Assembly: GCA_023410475.1 (NCBI GenBank)
Contig: JAEYPS010000010.1
Location: 4,054-68,053 of the forward strand
DNA: 64,000 nt
Source of the DNA: Bacillota bacterium
Lineage (GTDB): Bacteria > Bacillota > Clostridia > Christensenellales > SZUA-584
Direction: 5' to 3'
The notes under the pieces are model-generated. The model ran no database searches, had not been told where the DNA came from, and saw nothing but the letters and a program-made list of their open reading frames with translations. Within the stretch, counting starts at the first letter, position 1. Every line of letters begins with the position of its first letter. This document shows, piece by piece, positions 1 to 9,378 of this stretch. The position numbers were made by a program, and so were the translations under genes.

Positions 1-425
1 AAAACCACGCGGCAATACTAAGCGTCGGATTCAGCGCGGTAATGATTGGGGTACTGCTGGGAAAGATAACAGCGAACGCCGAGCTTGCGAATGCGAATAC
101 AAGCTTATCGACGGTTGCCATGGCCGTTATATGTATAACGCTTATCATACTGCCGGTTCTGCATAAGCTGCTGTCAAAAATGATAAAGAAAAATGCGGTA
201 ATCAGCATTGCGGATGTTAATATGCTGAGCTTTCCTGACAGCGCCGAAGCCCTGACGGAGCGTGAAAAGGAAGTGGCGACGCTGCTGCTTAAAGGGCGCA
301 CATATAAGCTTATAGCGGCCGAGCTTTATTTAAGTGAGAATACGGTTAAAACCCATGTCAAAAACATATATTCAAAGCTTAACATCAAAACAAAGTCGGA
401 ACTGTTTAATTACATAACAAAATAA
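1..425 (+). CDS. LuxR/GerE-type HTH transcriptional regulator, membrane-associated; 5' end cut by window edge
   Basis: Reading frame is open from base 3 (no stop upstream of ATG 42). C-terminal TEREKEVATLLLKGRTYKLIAAELYLSENTVKTHVKNIYSKL is a classic LuxR/GerE helix-turn-helix. A hydrophobic segment AMAVICITLIILPVL lies upstream. Confidence 0.8.
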   Translation, partial: NHAAILSVGFSAVMIGVLLGKITANAELANANTSLSTVAMAVICITLIILPVLHKLLSKMIKKNAVISIADVNMLSFPDSAEALTEREKEVATLLLKGRTYKLIAAELYLSENTVKTHVKNIYSKLNIKTKSELFNYITK

Positions 426-437
426 TTCAAAAAACAA

Positions 438-470
438 AAAGTCACCTGTTTTGGGTGAGGACTTTATTTG
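438..470 (+). terminator. Possible intrinsic terminator after the LuxR-type gene
   Basis: AAAGTCACC / GGT(GAG)GACTTT imperfect hairpin followed by ATTTGTATT. The T-tract is weak. Confidence 0.4.
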
Positions 471-801
471 TATTGCGTATTATTATACTCCATACAAATT
501 GAAAAACGTGCCTGTATCACAGATACAAGCTATCGTAATCTTAGCATCTCCCATCCGACGATTGGTGCACCGGACAGCGGCGCACCGGTCGTCGTGATTT
601 TTTTAGACAGGCAACCGCTGTTAACGAATCATTCAATAGAATGGGAATTATCTATAATTTAAGACCTGTTAACTCTGCCTTTACAGTTTATAATGTCGCG
701 AATGTTAATCAACTTTTTATTTTTAATGCGTTGAATATAAATCAGGGAGTGTGTGAGCATACACGTCGGGCTACTTGGAATCCCCGATATAGCTCAGCAG
801 G

Positions 802-2145
802 TCATACGTTTATACCGATAATCAGCGCCGCAAGATAGAAATAGATTATAAGAGCAAACGCGTCGACTATAGTTGTTATCAGCGGACTTGCCATAATAGC
901 AGGGTCAAGCTTAAGGCGTTTTGCGATGACAGGCAGCATACCCCCGGTTATCTTCGCGATTATTATCGTGAGCATAAGCGTTACCGCAACGGTAAGCGCA
1001 ATCGCAAATGAATATCTCTCCAGAAAATAAATTCTTAGAAAATTCAGCAGCGCGAGAGCCGCCCCTACAAGCAGGCTTATTCTGAACTCCTTCCATAAGA
1101 TTTTTGTTATATCCGAAAGCTTGACCTCTCCAAGTACGATGCTTCTTATAACGAGCGTAGACGACTGCGCGCCCGCGTTGCCTCCGGTGTCCATCAGCAT
1201 TGGGATAAAAGCGGCAAGCACAACCACAGCCTGCAGAGTATCTTCAAACCCGCGTATAATATAACCCGTGAAGGTTGCGGAGATCATCAGCACCATAAGC
1301 CATAATATCCTCTTTCGCGCGAGCATAAAAATACCGGCGTTTATATACTCTTCGTCGGTTGGACGGACTGCGGCCATTTTCAGCATGTCTTCCGTGGCCT
1401 CTTCTTCGATGACATCGACGATGTCGTCGATGGTGATTATACCCACAAGGCGCTGCTCGGCATCTACGACAGGCAAGGCAAGCAGGTCGTATTTTTTAAA
1501 GATGTTGGCTGTGTATTCCTGGTCGTCATGAGTATAAACAAATATGACGTCCTTTTGCATTACGTCTTCTACCGTAAGCTTTTCGTCGGCGAGCACAAGG
1601 TCTTTTAGCGATATCGTGCCCTGCAGGTGGCGAGCTTTGTCTATCACGTAGCATGTATATATAGTCTCTTTGTTGGGGGCCGATTTTCTTATAGAGTCTA
1701 AAGCGCTCTTGATGGTAAGCTCTTTTTTTAGTCCCGCATATTCTATAGTCATCAGGCTTCCGGCGGAATCATGAGGATAGTTCAAAAATTGATTTATCAG
1801 CGTTCGCTCGACATCGCTCGTATTCTTAAGTATTTTTGCGACAAGGTTCGCGGGCATTTCCTCCAAAAAATCGATTTTATCATCAAAATATAAATCTGAC
1901 AGTATATCGGATAGTTCCGACTCGTTAACCAGATTAGAGATCTCCGTTTGCCGTTCTGAGCTTAAGTATGAAAACGTATCCGCGGCGTTGTCTTTTGAGA
2001 GCAGCCTGAATACTACCAAGGCCTGTTTTTCATCGAGGCTTTCTATATAGTCTGCAATATCCTGAACAGGATGACTTTCAAGGTCCGCTTTCAGACGCTG
2101 AAACTCTTTATTACTAATCAAGTTGTTAAGGAAATCAAAATCCAT
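802..2145 (-). CDS. mgtE: Magnesium transporter MgtE
   Basis: 447-aa ORF with an MgtE N-domain, a tandem CBS pair (LLALPVVDAEQRLVGIITIDDIVDVIEEE) and a C-terminal 5-TM channel domain (FIPMLMDTGGNAGAQSSTLVIR). Confidence 0.95.
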   Translation of the reverse strand: MDFDFLNNLISNKEFQRLKADLESHPVQDIADYIESLDEKQALVVFRLLSKDNAADTFSYLSSERQTEISNLVNESELSDILSDLYFDDKIDFLEEMPANLVAKILKNTSDVERTLINQFLNYPHDSAGSLMTIEYAGLKKELTIKSALDSIRKSAPNKETIYTCYVIDKARHLQGTISLKDLVLADEKLTVEDVMQKDVIFVYTHDDQEYTANIFKKYDLLALPVVDAEQRLVGIITIDDIVDVIEEEATEDMLKMAAVRPTDEEYINAGIFMLARKRILWLMVLMISATFTGYIIRGFEDTLQAVVVLAAFIPMLMDTGGNAGAQSSTLVIRSIVLGEVKLSDITKILWKEFRISLLVGAALALLNFLRIYFLERYSFAIALTVAVTLMLTIIIAKITGGMLPVIAKRLKLDPAIMASPLITTIVDAFALIIYFYLAALIIGINV

Positions 2146-2226
2146 TTACGCCCTCATATAACCATATCAAACAATAACAATAGTTTAAGCTAAAACATAG
2201 TTGTTAAACATCTGTCGTTCATATGA

Positions 2227-2253
2227 GCGGGTTTAATAACCCGCGGCTTTTTT
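2227..2253 (+). terminator. Orphan plus-strand intrinsic-terminator-like hairpin inside the mgtE 5' region
   Basis: GCGGGTT-taat-AACCCGC (7 bp) followed by GGC then TTTTTT on the + strand. On the minus (mgtE) strand the hairpin has no U-tract. Confidence 0.45.
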
Positions 2254-2596
2254 AAAGCTGTGTTATTATTTATTATATGGTATTATCCAAGCCGCAACAA
2301 GTTTTTTGATTATCAGTGACAAATCTCGCGTTTATACGTTTGTAACGCTATTGTCATGCCTGATTTTAAGACCAGATGAGAACATAAACACTGTCGCCGG
2401 AATTAAATTACTTGACAGATATATGCATAATATGGGATATTCATAGTATGATATAACAACCATTGGCAGGAGGAATACCATCATCGAAGGTAATAAAGAA
2501 TATGACGCGTTCGGGCCGTGGATTTATGAGATAGATGACGAGCATGAGGTTCCCGGGATTTTCAGAAGCTATTATAATGCAGATGATAAGCATCTT

Positions 2597-3382
2597 ATGC
2601 TTTTTAAAGTTCCGAGAAACATCGAGAGAAGAAATGCGTCGCCGAATATGGATCTTTATGATTATCTGATCGGCGCGTATGATGCATACCTGCATATTCT
2701 GAAAAGGAACGGGAAAAGCGTAACAGAAGAAAAGATATACTACAGCGATATTTATGCTATCAAAGATATGCATGCTCTGCTGAAGGGAGAACTTATCCTT
2801 TTTGTAAGCAGCGGTATAACAAATATAATTTACAATACGGTATCCGAAGAGGTCATACTAAAACTGATAAATGTCATTGAAAATAAACTGAACGGTTATA
2901 AGCAAAAGATAAAGATGGATAGCATTGAGATCGAAAATACTTTGAGAATCACCGGATCATTGGACTTTTTGTTTATAAACCTTTCAAACAAACTCAAGAG
3001 AATAAATCCTGCTGTCAATTTGGCCGCTTATCAGCCGAATATTATTATAAACAGAAAGTCGCCCGAATTAAAAGAACAGCTTAAGTATAAAAAGTGTATT
3101 ATATCAAAAACCGCGTTTCTTTCAAATGACAACGAGCTTATAATACTGGAGCAGGAGATATCGAAGAGAAGAAAGGGCAAAGAAGAACTTGATTATTCCT
3201 ATCTGTATATACCGTATAAAAACATTACGGGAGCAAAAATGTATCGCTTTGACAGGGAACAGGACCTTAGCAGCATGGAGATCTGCGCAGGCAATCAAAG
3301 GTTTACTTATATATTTGAAAACCGCAATAAGCATATATTAAATGTTTACAATAAGCTCAGCGGAGCCGGTTATATCCAGTAA
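2597..3382 (+). CDS. Hypothetical protein (the frame is open and coding-like back to 2447; see findings)
   Basis: 261-aa ORF from the first ATG. I recognise no family. It is a low-GC gene. Confidence 0.7.
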   Translation: MLFKVPRNIERRNASPNMDLYDYLIGAYDAYLHILKRNGKSVTEEKIYYSDIYAIKDMHALLKGELILFVSSGITNIIYNTVSEEVILKLINVIENKLNGYKQKIKMDSIEIENTLRITGSLDFLFINLSNKLKRINPAVNLAAYQPNIIINRKSPELKEQLKYKKCIISKTAFLSNDNELIILEQEISKRRKGKEELDYSYLYIPYKNITGAKMYRFDREQDLSSMEICAGNQRFTYIFENRNKHILNVYNKLSGAGYIQ

Positions 3383-3641
3383 AGGAAGAACAATAAAAAC
3401 AGCTGTTGTCACGGTTTTATTTATGGATTAAAAAAGCATATTCAAGAGGCCTGTCAGCAGTATACGGCGGGCTTTTTTATTGAGCACAAAAACAAACACT
3501 TTTTTATTCCGTTGCAAAAACAACATATGTATGCCATTGTTTATGCTATAATAAACCCATAAATAAAGATCGGCAAAGCAGGATATGCGAGATTAAACTG
3601 CTGCCCGGCGCAAAGAATAAGAAGAGCGGGAGGGAAGATAT

Positions 3642-4829
3642 ATGGGAAAGAAAATGACTGATAAGGTGACATGGGTGGGAAAGGTCGACTGGATACTCGA
3701 GACGTTTCACGGAGAGGAGTATTCTACGCACAAGGGCTCCTCGTACAACTCATATCTTATACGGGACAAGAAGACTGTGCTGATAGATACGGTATGGAAG
3801 CCATTTGATAAGGAATTCGTCGCCAACCTAAAGCAGGAGATAGATCTTAACAGCATCGACTATATAATTGCCAACCACGCTGAGACAGACCACAGCGGAG
3901 CGCTGCCAGAGCTGATGCGCGAGATACCCGAGACGCCAATATATTGCACGGGCAACGGTGTAAAGTCTCTGAAAGGGCATTACCATCAGGACTGGAACTT
4001 CGTGACCGTAAAGACGGGGGACACTCTTGATATAGGCGAGAATAAGCTTGTGTTCGTGGAAGCGCCTATGCTGCACTGGCCCGACTCTATGTTTACATAT
4101 ATGACGGGAGAGAACATACTCTTCAGCAACGACGCGTTTGGGCAGCACTATGCCACCGAGCTTTTGTATAACGATCTTGTCGACCGGGCAGAGCTTTACC
4201 GTGAGGCGCTGAAGTATTACGCGAATATACTGACGCCTTTCAGCCCGTTCGTGATAAAGAAGATAAACGAAGTGCTGGGCTTTAATCTTCCCGTCGATAT
4301 GATAGCGCCCAGCCACGGAGTGATCTGGCGTGACGATCCGACGCAGATAGTCAGGCAATACCTGGAGTGGGCGGACAAGTATCAGGAAAATCAGATATCG
4401 CTCGTTTATGACACCATGTGGGACTCGACAAGGAAGATTGCCGAGGCGATAATGAGAGGAATACAGAAAGCCGACCCTGCTGTGACAGTAAAGCTTTATC
4501 ACTCGGCGAGGGATGACAAGAACGACATATTATCCGAGGTTTTCAAGTCGAAGGCGGTGCTTGTCGGCTCGTCCACGATAAACAACGGCTATCTCTACTC
4601 TATAGGCGGGCTGCTTGAGATGATGAAGGGGCTGAAATTCAAGGGCAAGAAAGCGGCGTCGTTCGGAAGCTACGGCTGGAGCGGCGAGGCAGCAGCGCAG
4701 ATAAGCGGGCACCTAAAAGACGCAGGATTTGAAGTGGTAAACGACGGTATACGCGCCATGTGGGTGCCGGACGAGAAAGCGGAGCGCGAATGCGAGGCTT
4801 ACGGAGAAGAGCTTGTAAGTCTACTCTAA
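3642..4829 (+). CDS. fprA: FprA-family A-type flavodiiron protein (O2/NO reductase)
   Basis: N-terminal metallo-beta-lactamase-like di-iron domain with HxExDH motif ([13 protein letters not shown]), plus a C-terminal flavodoxin-like domain ([12 protein letters not shown]). Strong RBS GGGAGGGA upstream. Confidence 0.9.
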   Translation: MGKKMTDKVTWVGKVDWILETFHGEEYSTHKGSSYNSYLIRDKKTVLIDTVWKPFDKEFVANLKQEIDLNSIDYIIANHAETDHSGALPELMREIPETPIYCTGNGVKSLKGHYHQDWNFVTVKTGDTLDIGENKLVFVEAPMLHWPDSMFTYMTGENILFSNDAFGQHYATELLYNDLVDRAELYREALKYYANILTPFSPFVIKKINEVLGFNLPVDMIAPSHGVIWRDDPTQIVRQYLEWADKYQENQISLVYDTMWDSTRKIAEAIMRGIQKADPAVTVKLYHSARDDKNDILSEVFKSKAVLVGSSTINNGYLYSIGGLLEMMKGLKFKGKKAASFGSYGWSGEAAAQISGHLKDAGFEVVNDGIRAMWVPDEKAERECEAYGEELVSLL

Positions 4830-4844
4830 AACAAGGGCAGCAGG

Positions 4845-4876
4845 CCCGTCAGCTGAATTTGGTTGACGGGTTTTTC
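4845..4876 (+). terminator. Intrinsic terminator of fprA
   Basis: CCCGTCA...TGACGGG hairpin followed by TTTTT. Confidence 0.8.
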
Positions 4877-4943
4877 TTGTTTAGCTCCGATTGCCCGCAT
4901 GCAGGCACGATGCTATACTGTTTACATGGGTTAAGGAGGCGTC

Positions 4944-5897
4944 ATGAAGAAGCGGTGGATACTAGCACTTGATGTTCTTTTCATACTTACGCTTGCTGCC
5001 TGTTCTGGGAGCGGTGCGGAGCAGCCTTTACTTTCAGATACACCCGCGCCTGAGCTCACCCTTACTGCTCCCGCGCCCACACCGGTAATAACAACGAAAC
5101 CCGCGGCCTCGAATGGGCCGGAGAAATCACAGACGCACGAAGTTTCCGTAAAAATCGCTGCGATACGCGTGCGCGAAGGCGACACTCTCGAGCGCGATAT
5201 AATACCGCAGCTCAAAGATGCGTTTTCTATGTCCGAGAACCAGGTAAAGGACGCTCTTGCCCGCGCGAAAAGCAGCCTCATTAAGGCTGCCGGTTTTCGG
5301 CGCATGGAGGGAATGATCGTGCCGGGGACATACGATATCAAGGGTGAGAGCCTGGAGTACTGGATAAGCGAATGGATAGACGGCGCGGAGAAACGCTATG
5401 AGCGTCTCGCTGCCAGCGTTTCCGAAAAGAACGATCTCAGCGCCGAGCAAAGGATTATACTCGCGTCCGTCGTCGAGGGTGATACGAACCTTGCGGGCTC
5501 ATACGAGGATGTTGTAGCGGCTGTCTATCAGAACCGCATAAAAAAGAACGACAGATTCGGCAGCTGCCCGACGGTGGAATACGCTATCGGATATCAAAGG
5601 CCCTACCTTACCAAAGATGATACTAATGTTGACAGCAAATACAACACATATAAGCACAGAGGCCTTCCGCCGGGGCCTCTATGCTGCTTCGGCGACGAGA
5701 GCCTTAAAGCCAGTATATCAAAGCCGATTGATACCAAGCTATACTTCTTCTTTTACGACTATGTGAAAAAGCAAATTTTATCTTTTAACAATATAGAGGA
5801 CTTCAGAGCTGCGGGTAAAGAATCAAAAGCGCTGTTTGAGGCGACGTTTGAAATAAGCCGCTTCGAGAAGATGGCAGACAAGCGTGATTTCTTCTAG
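4944..5897 (+). CDS. mltG: MltG/YceG-like endolytic murein transglycosylase, lipoprotein form
   Basis: Lipobox LTLAAC, Pro/Thr-rich linker, and YceG signature YNTYKHRGLPPGPLCCFG. Confidence 0.7.
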   Translation: MKKRWILALDVLFILTLAACSGSGAEQPLLSDTPAPELTLTAPAPTPVITTKPAASNGPEKSQTHEVSVKIAAIRVREGDTLERDIIPQLKDAFSMSENQVKDALARAKSSLIKAAGFRRMEGMIVPGTYDIKGESLEYWISEWIDGAEKRYERLAASVSEKNDLSAEQRIILASVVEGDTNLAGSYEDVVAAVYQNRIKKNDRFGSCPTVEYAIGYQRPYLTKDDTNVDSKYNTYKHRGLPPGPLCCFGDESLKASISKPIDTKLYFFFYDYVKKQILSFNNIEDFRAAGKESKALFEATFEISRFEKMADKRDFF

Positions 5898-5981
5898 GCA
5901 ACCGGCGGTTGCGAAAACGCAATGGCGTGTTGGTGGATGAAGCTTTGTTTTAAATGTATGATTCACTTGAGGTGATGAATT

Positions 5982-6659
5982 ATGGAGTTTGGTGAGAAAT
6001 TAACGGCGGTAAGAAAGGACAGAGGCTTTTCGCAGGAAGAGCTGGCCGAGCGCATCGGCGTGTCGAGGCAGGCGGTCTCAAAATGGGAGTCGGGGGAGTC
6101 ATACCCCGACATCGAAAACCTCATCGCGCTGAGCGACGTATTCGGTGTCAGCATCGACAGGCTTATCCGGCGAGACGCTGACGGCTGCGCGGCGGCGCTG
6201 ATTGATGACAATGAAAACGACAGCGGGGGAATTATAGATTTTCTTATAACGGCAAAGAAGAACACATACGCGGCGCACGCTCCCGAGATGAAGCCCTCAC
6301 GCCCCCGGTCGCACGACATCAGTTATGAAGAGGGAAAGCTGCTGTATATCGATACGTATCTTGGCGGCGAGAGGTTTTCGGGAGAGGAAGCTGTATGGCG
6401 TGAAGGGCAGCCTTTGTGGGCAATGAACTACAGCGGCAGGACTCTGAGCAAGAAATTTTCGGGAGACTTTTTAAAGCAGGCGCTGCTGCGAGTGCCGCGG
6501 GAGCTTCCGTTCAGAGGTCCGCTCGTACATAAAAGCGGCGACTACAGCTATCACTGCACTGTAAGCGGGGGCTTCGAGTGGTTTCAGGGCTATGAGGAAA
6601 TATTCTGTGAGAGCGAGAAGGTGTATGAGTGCTTCTTCCACGGCGGTATGATAAAGTAG
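5982..6659 (+). CDS. XRE-family HTH regulator with an extra C-terminal domain (DUF5680-like, uncertain)
   Basis: N-terminal HTH_3: FSQEELAERIGVSRQAVSKWESGESYPDIENLIALSDVFGVSIDRLI. Confidence 0.8.
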   Translation: MEFGEKLTAVRKDRGFSQEELAERIGVSRQAVSKWESGESYPDIENLIALSDVFGVSIDRLIRRDADGCAAALIDDNENDSGGIIDFLITAKKNTYAAHAPEMKPSRPRSHDISYEEGKLLYIDTYLGGERFSGEEAVWREGQPLWAMNYSGRTLSKKFSGDFLKQALLRVPRELPFRGPLVHKSGDYSYHCTVSGGFEWFQGYEEIFCESEKVYECFFHGGMIK

Positions 6660-6903
6660 TTTGCTTAATCGACCGTGTGCTGCCGTATGCGGTTTGATAT
6701 ATCGAGATATCAAGACCGGGCTTGCGTACTCTTTTTTATGATCCACTCCGCGATATAATCGGCGGCCAATGTTATGTTTCCTATTTGACAGTGCTCCGCC
6801 GCAACGTCAATAAGCACTTTTTGACTTTCATATGGAAAAATAATGTTTTATCCATATAATAAAATGGCGGAGGCCGGGGCAACATATTAGCGGAGGTGGA
6901 TTT

Positions 6904-7329
6904 ATGAAGGTTAAGGATATAATGACAAAGCAAATAGCGTGCGTAAGCGCCGACGAGCCTATAGAGCGCGCCGCGCAGCTTATGAAGCAGTATAACGTAG
7001 GCTCGATACCCGTCTGCGAGGGCGAAAAGGTTATAGGCATCGTAACGGACAGGGACATAGCGCTTCGGCTCGTAGCGCAAGGACAGGGCTACGGAGTAAG
7101 CAGCGTATCAAACATAATGACGCCAAACCCCGTTGTGGGTTCGCCCGACATGGACGCGGGGGAAGCGGCAAGACTTATGGGGCAGCGCCAGATAAGAAGG
7201 CTGCCCATAGTTGAGCGGGGGACGCTTGTCGGCATCGTGGCGCTCGGCGACATATCGACGCAGCCCGCGCTGCAGGACAACGCCGAGAGCGCTTTGCACG
7301 ACATATCGCTGCCGGGAAGCCTTACTTAA
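6904..7329 (+). CDS. CBS domain pair protein
   Basis: Two CBS repeats (IMTKQIACVSADEPIERAAQLMKQYNVGSIPV and IMTPNPVVGSPDMDAGEAARLMGQRQIRRLPIVE). RBS GGAGGTGG. Confidence 0.85.
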   Translation: MKVKDIMTKQIACVSADEPIERAAQLMKQYNVGSIPVCEGEKVIGIVTDRDIALRLVAQGQGYGVSSVSNIMTPNPVVGSPDMDAGEAARLMGQRQIRRLPIVERGTLVGIVALGDISTQPALQDNAESALHDISLPGSLT

Positions 7330-7347
7330 CTGAGCTGCCGGACAATG

Positions 7348-7377
7348 CCCGCGTATACCCGCGCGGGTGTTTTTTTC
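7348..7377 (+). terminator. Intrinsic terminator after the CBS gene
   Basis: CCCGCG...CGCGGG GC-rich hairpin followed by TGTTTTTTT. Confidence 0.8.
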
Positions 7378-7393
7378 TATTTTAAAAAATAAT

Positions 7394-7422
7394 TTGACAA
7401 ATCACAAATGTGGGGTTATAAT
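7394..7422 (+). promoter_or_regulatory. Consensus sigmaA-type promoter of ABC/TetR module 1
   Basis: TTGACA (7394-7399), 17-nt spacer, TATAAT (7417-7422). Confidence 0.6.
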
Positions 7423-7451
7423 TAGACCAATTGGTTTAACTAAGCGGTCTA
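7423..7451. promoter_or_regulatory. Putative TetR operator (inverted repeats)
   Basis: Perfect 10-bp palindrome ACCAATTGGT (7426-7435) nested in TAGACC...GGTCTA (7423-7428 / 7446-7451), immediately after the -10 box. Confidence 0.45.
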
Positions 7452-7551
7452 ACACAAAAACCCAAATGACCGCACGGCTTATGAAGGGCAATTATTGCCG
7501 TGAAAGGCCGTTAAACCTTTGGGTAAAATCGATATATTTGGAGGCATCATC

Positions 7552-8403
7552 ATGATTCAAGTAAAGAATCTGTATCATGATTACGCCGGCAAGGGAAGCT
7601 TTGCGGTATCCGACGTATCCTTTCACATCGAGAAGGGTGAGATATTCGGATTCCTCGGACCTTCGGGAGCCGGCAAAAGCACTGTGCAGAATATCCTGAC
7701 AGGGCTGCTTAAACTGCAGAAAGGAAGCGTCGAGTATGACGGAGTGCCTGTTTCGGGCTTGACGACGAAGTTCTTTAACCGTGTCGGGGTATCATTTGAA
7801 CAGCCGAACCTGTATTTACGGCTGACGGGACTCGAAAACCTCAAATACTTCGCCGGGCTGTTCTCTGTGCCCACGCTAAGCCCGATGAATGTGCTGGACG
7901 CAGTAGGCCTGCGCGACTCGGCAAACAAAAAGGCAGGTGAATATTCAAAGGGAATGAAGCAAAGGCTGACGCTGGCGCGCTCGCTCATCAACTCACCGGA
8001 AATACTCTTTCTTGACGAGCCGACGAGCGGACTCGACCCTTCGACGGCGGCTTCAATTAAAGAGCTGATACTCAACCAGAAAAAGCGCGGCGCAACGATA
8101 TTTTTAACGACTCACAACATGTTCCTTGCGGATTCGCTTTGCGACCGGGTAGCGTTCCTCGAAGGCGGAAGGATTGCCGCTATGGACACACCGGCAAACT
8201 TAAAGCTCAAATACGGCAAACAGGCCGTCACCGTGGAGTACGCGGAAGGCTCAAAGACCTCGTCGCAAAGCTTCGACATGGAAACCGGGCGCAAGGAGCT
8301 GGCTGATTTCCTGTTGAGCGTGCGCCCAATAACCGTCCATTCGCAGGAAGCAACGCTTGAGGATATATTTATCCGCGTCACGGGAAGGGGGCTCAGCCAA
8401 TGA
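7552..8403 (+). CDS. ABC transporter ATP-binding protein
   Basis: Walker A GPSGAGKST, signature YSKGMKQRL, Walker B ILFLDEPTSGLD. Start placed at ATG 7552 behind GGAGG. Confidence 0.9.
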   Translation: MIQVKNLYHDYAGKGSFAVSDVSFHIEKGEIFGFLGPSGAGKSTVQNILTGLLKLQKGSVEYDGVPVSGLTTKFFNRVGVSFEQPNLYLRLTGLENLKYFAGLFSVPTLSPMNVLDAVGLRDSANKKAGEYSKGMKQRLTLARSLINSPEILFLDEPTSGLDPSTAASIKELILNQKKRGATIFLTTHNMFLADSLCDRVAFLEGGRIAAMDTPANLKLKYGKQAVTVEYAEGSKTSSQSFDMETGRKELADFLLSVRPITVHSQEATLEDIFIRVTGRGLSQ

Positions 8404-9377
8404 AGCGCTTTGCACTTTCGCTGGAGCGCGACTTCAAGCTGTTGCTGCGCAACGCCATCTTCTGGGTGATGACCGCTACGCTCGTGGCTATAATATTGAC
8501 GGTAAACTTCATCGTACCTGAGGATTTTTCAGCCTCAAAGACGCAGGTTGCGGTATACGGCCTTGATTACACCGTTCCCGGCGCGAAGGTTCTTCGCAGC
8601 GCCGAAGAAGTGGAGCAGTATATCACCGACAACGCAGGTTTAGGGATTATCTTTGAAAACGGCCGGTATACGCTTATCCACACCGGCCTTGGTGAAAAGA
8701 CAGCGGCCGCAGCGGCCGCGGCGCTGTTACCGGCTTCTTTGGACCTGCCACAGATAGAAGTGTCAGAGCTGCGTCAGCAGACCCGGGCTATCCCCGAGAA
8801 CATACGACTGACTCCTGTTTTTATCTGCTTCGAAGCCATAATATTAGGTTTTTTGATGTCCGCCGTGCTGATGCTCAGCGAAAAGCACGAACAGGTATTA
8901 AAAGCCTACCGCATATCGCCGGGAGGCACGCTGAGGTATGTTTCCGGGAAAGCGGCGCTGTTCGCGCTTATAGGTACGGCGTATGCCGTTCTGATGGCCG
9001 TTACAACGGTGGGGTTTGATTTCGACTGGGCCGGTTTCATAACGGTAACGCTGCTGGGGTGCGCGCTGTATACGCTGCTCGGCATGAGCTTGGCCGTCTT
9101 TTTCAAGGATATCAGCGGGTGGTTCATGACGGCGCTCGTGTTGCTCTCCCTCAATATGCTGCCCGCCATAAGTTATTCATCGCCGGCATTCTCACCCGGG
9201 TGGATATCCGCCATACCATCCTACACTGCAATATTCGCATACTCAGAGATATTGTTCCCCGTAGGAAAAGGCGTGATCGCACCCGTATTGATACTCGGCG
9301 CAGAAGTTGTCGCGGCGCTCGCGCTGTGCTCAGCGCTCGTGCGCGCAAAGCTGCTCCGCGCCGGAAAGGAGGCTTGA
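8400..9377 (+). CDS. ABC-2-type transporter permease
   Basis: ATGA overlap with the ATPase gene. One N-terminal TM, an extracytoplasmic loop, then about 5 C-terminal TMs. Confidence 0.75.
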   Translation: MKRFALSLERDFKLLLRNAIFWVMTATLVAIILTVNFIVPEDFSASKTQVAVYGLDYTVPGAKVLRSAEEVEQYITDNAGLGIIFENGRYTLIHTGLGEKTAAAAAAALLPASLDLPQIEVSELRQQTRAIPENIRLTPVFICFEAIILGFLMSAVLMLSEKHEQVLKAYRISPGGTLRYVSGKAALFALIGTAYAVLMAVTTVGFDFDWAGFITVTLLGCALYTLLGMSLAVFFKDISGWFMTALVLLSLNMLPAISYSSPAFSPGWISAIPSYTAIFAYSEILFPVGKGVIAPVLILGAEVVAALALCSALVRAKLLRAGKEA

Positions 9378-9378
9378 C

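Noticed and set aside
2146-2440. Expected an M-box (ykoK) riboswitch upstream of mgtE.
   Set aside because: The minus-strand leader is AT-rich and lacks the GGUGAGG and GCUAAAG-type core motifs. Only a single hairpin is present.
7400-7413. An identical 14-mer AATCACAAATGTGG occurs in the module-1 promoter spacer and again at 22927-22940, upstream of the 22952 ORF.
   Set aside because: For a 64-kb window read on both strands, roughly ten or more chance 14-mer coincidences are expected (about N squared divided by 4 to the 14th). The surrounding sequence is unrelated.
9307-9378. The ORF track starts the second permease at 9307, overlapping the first permease by 71 nt.
   Set aside because: ATG 9379 has a strong AAAGGAGG RBS and begins the hydrophobic N-terminus. 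The upstream extension is Arg/Ser/Cys-rich out-of-frame read-through.
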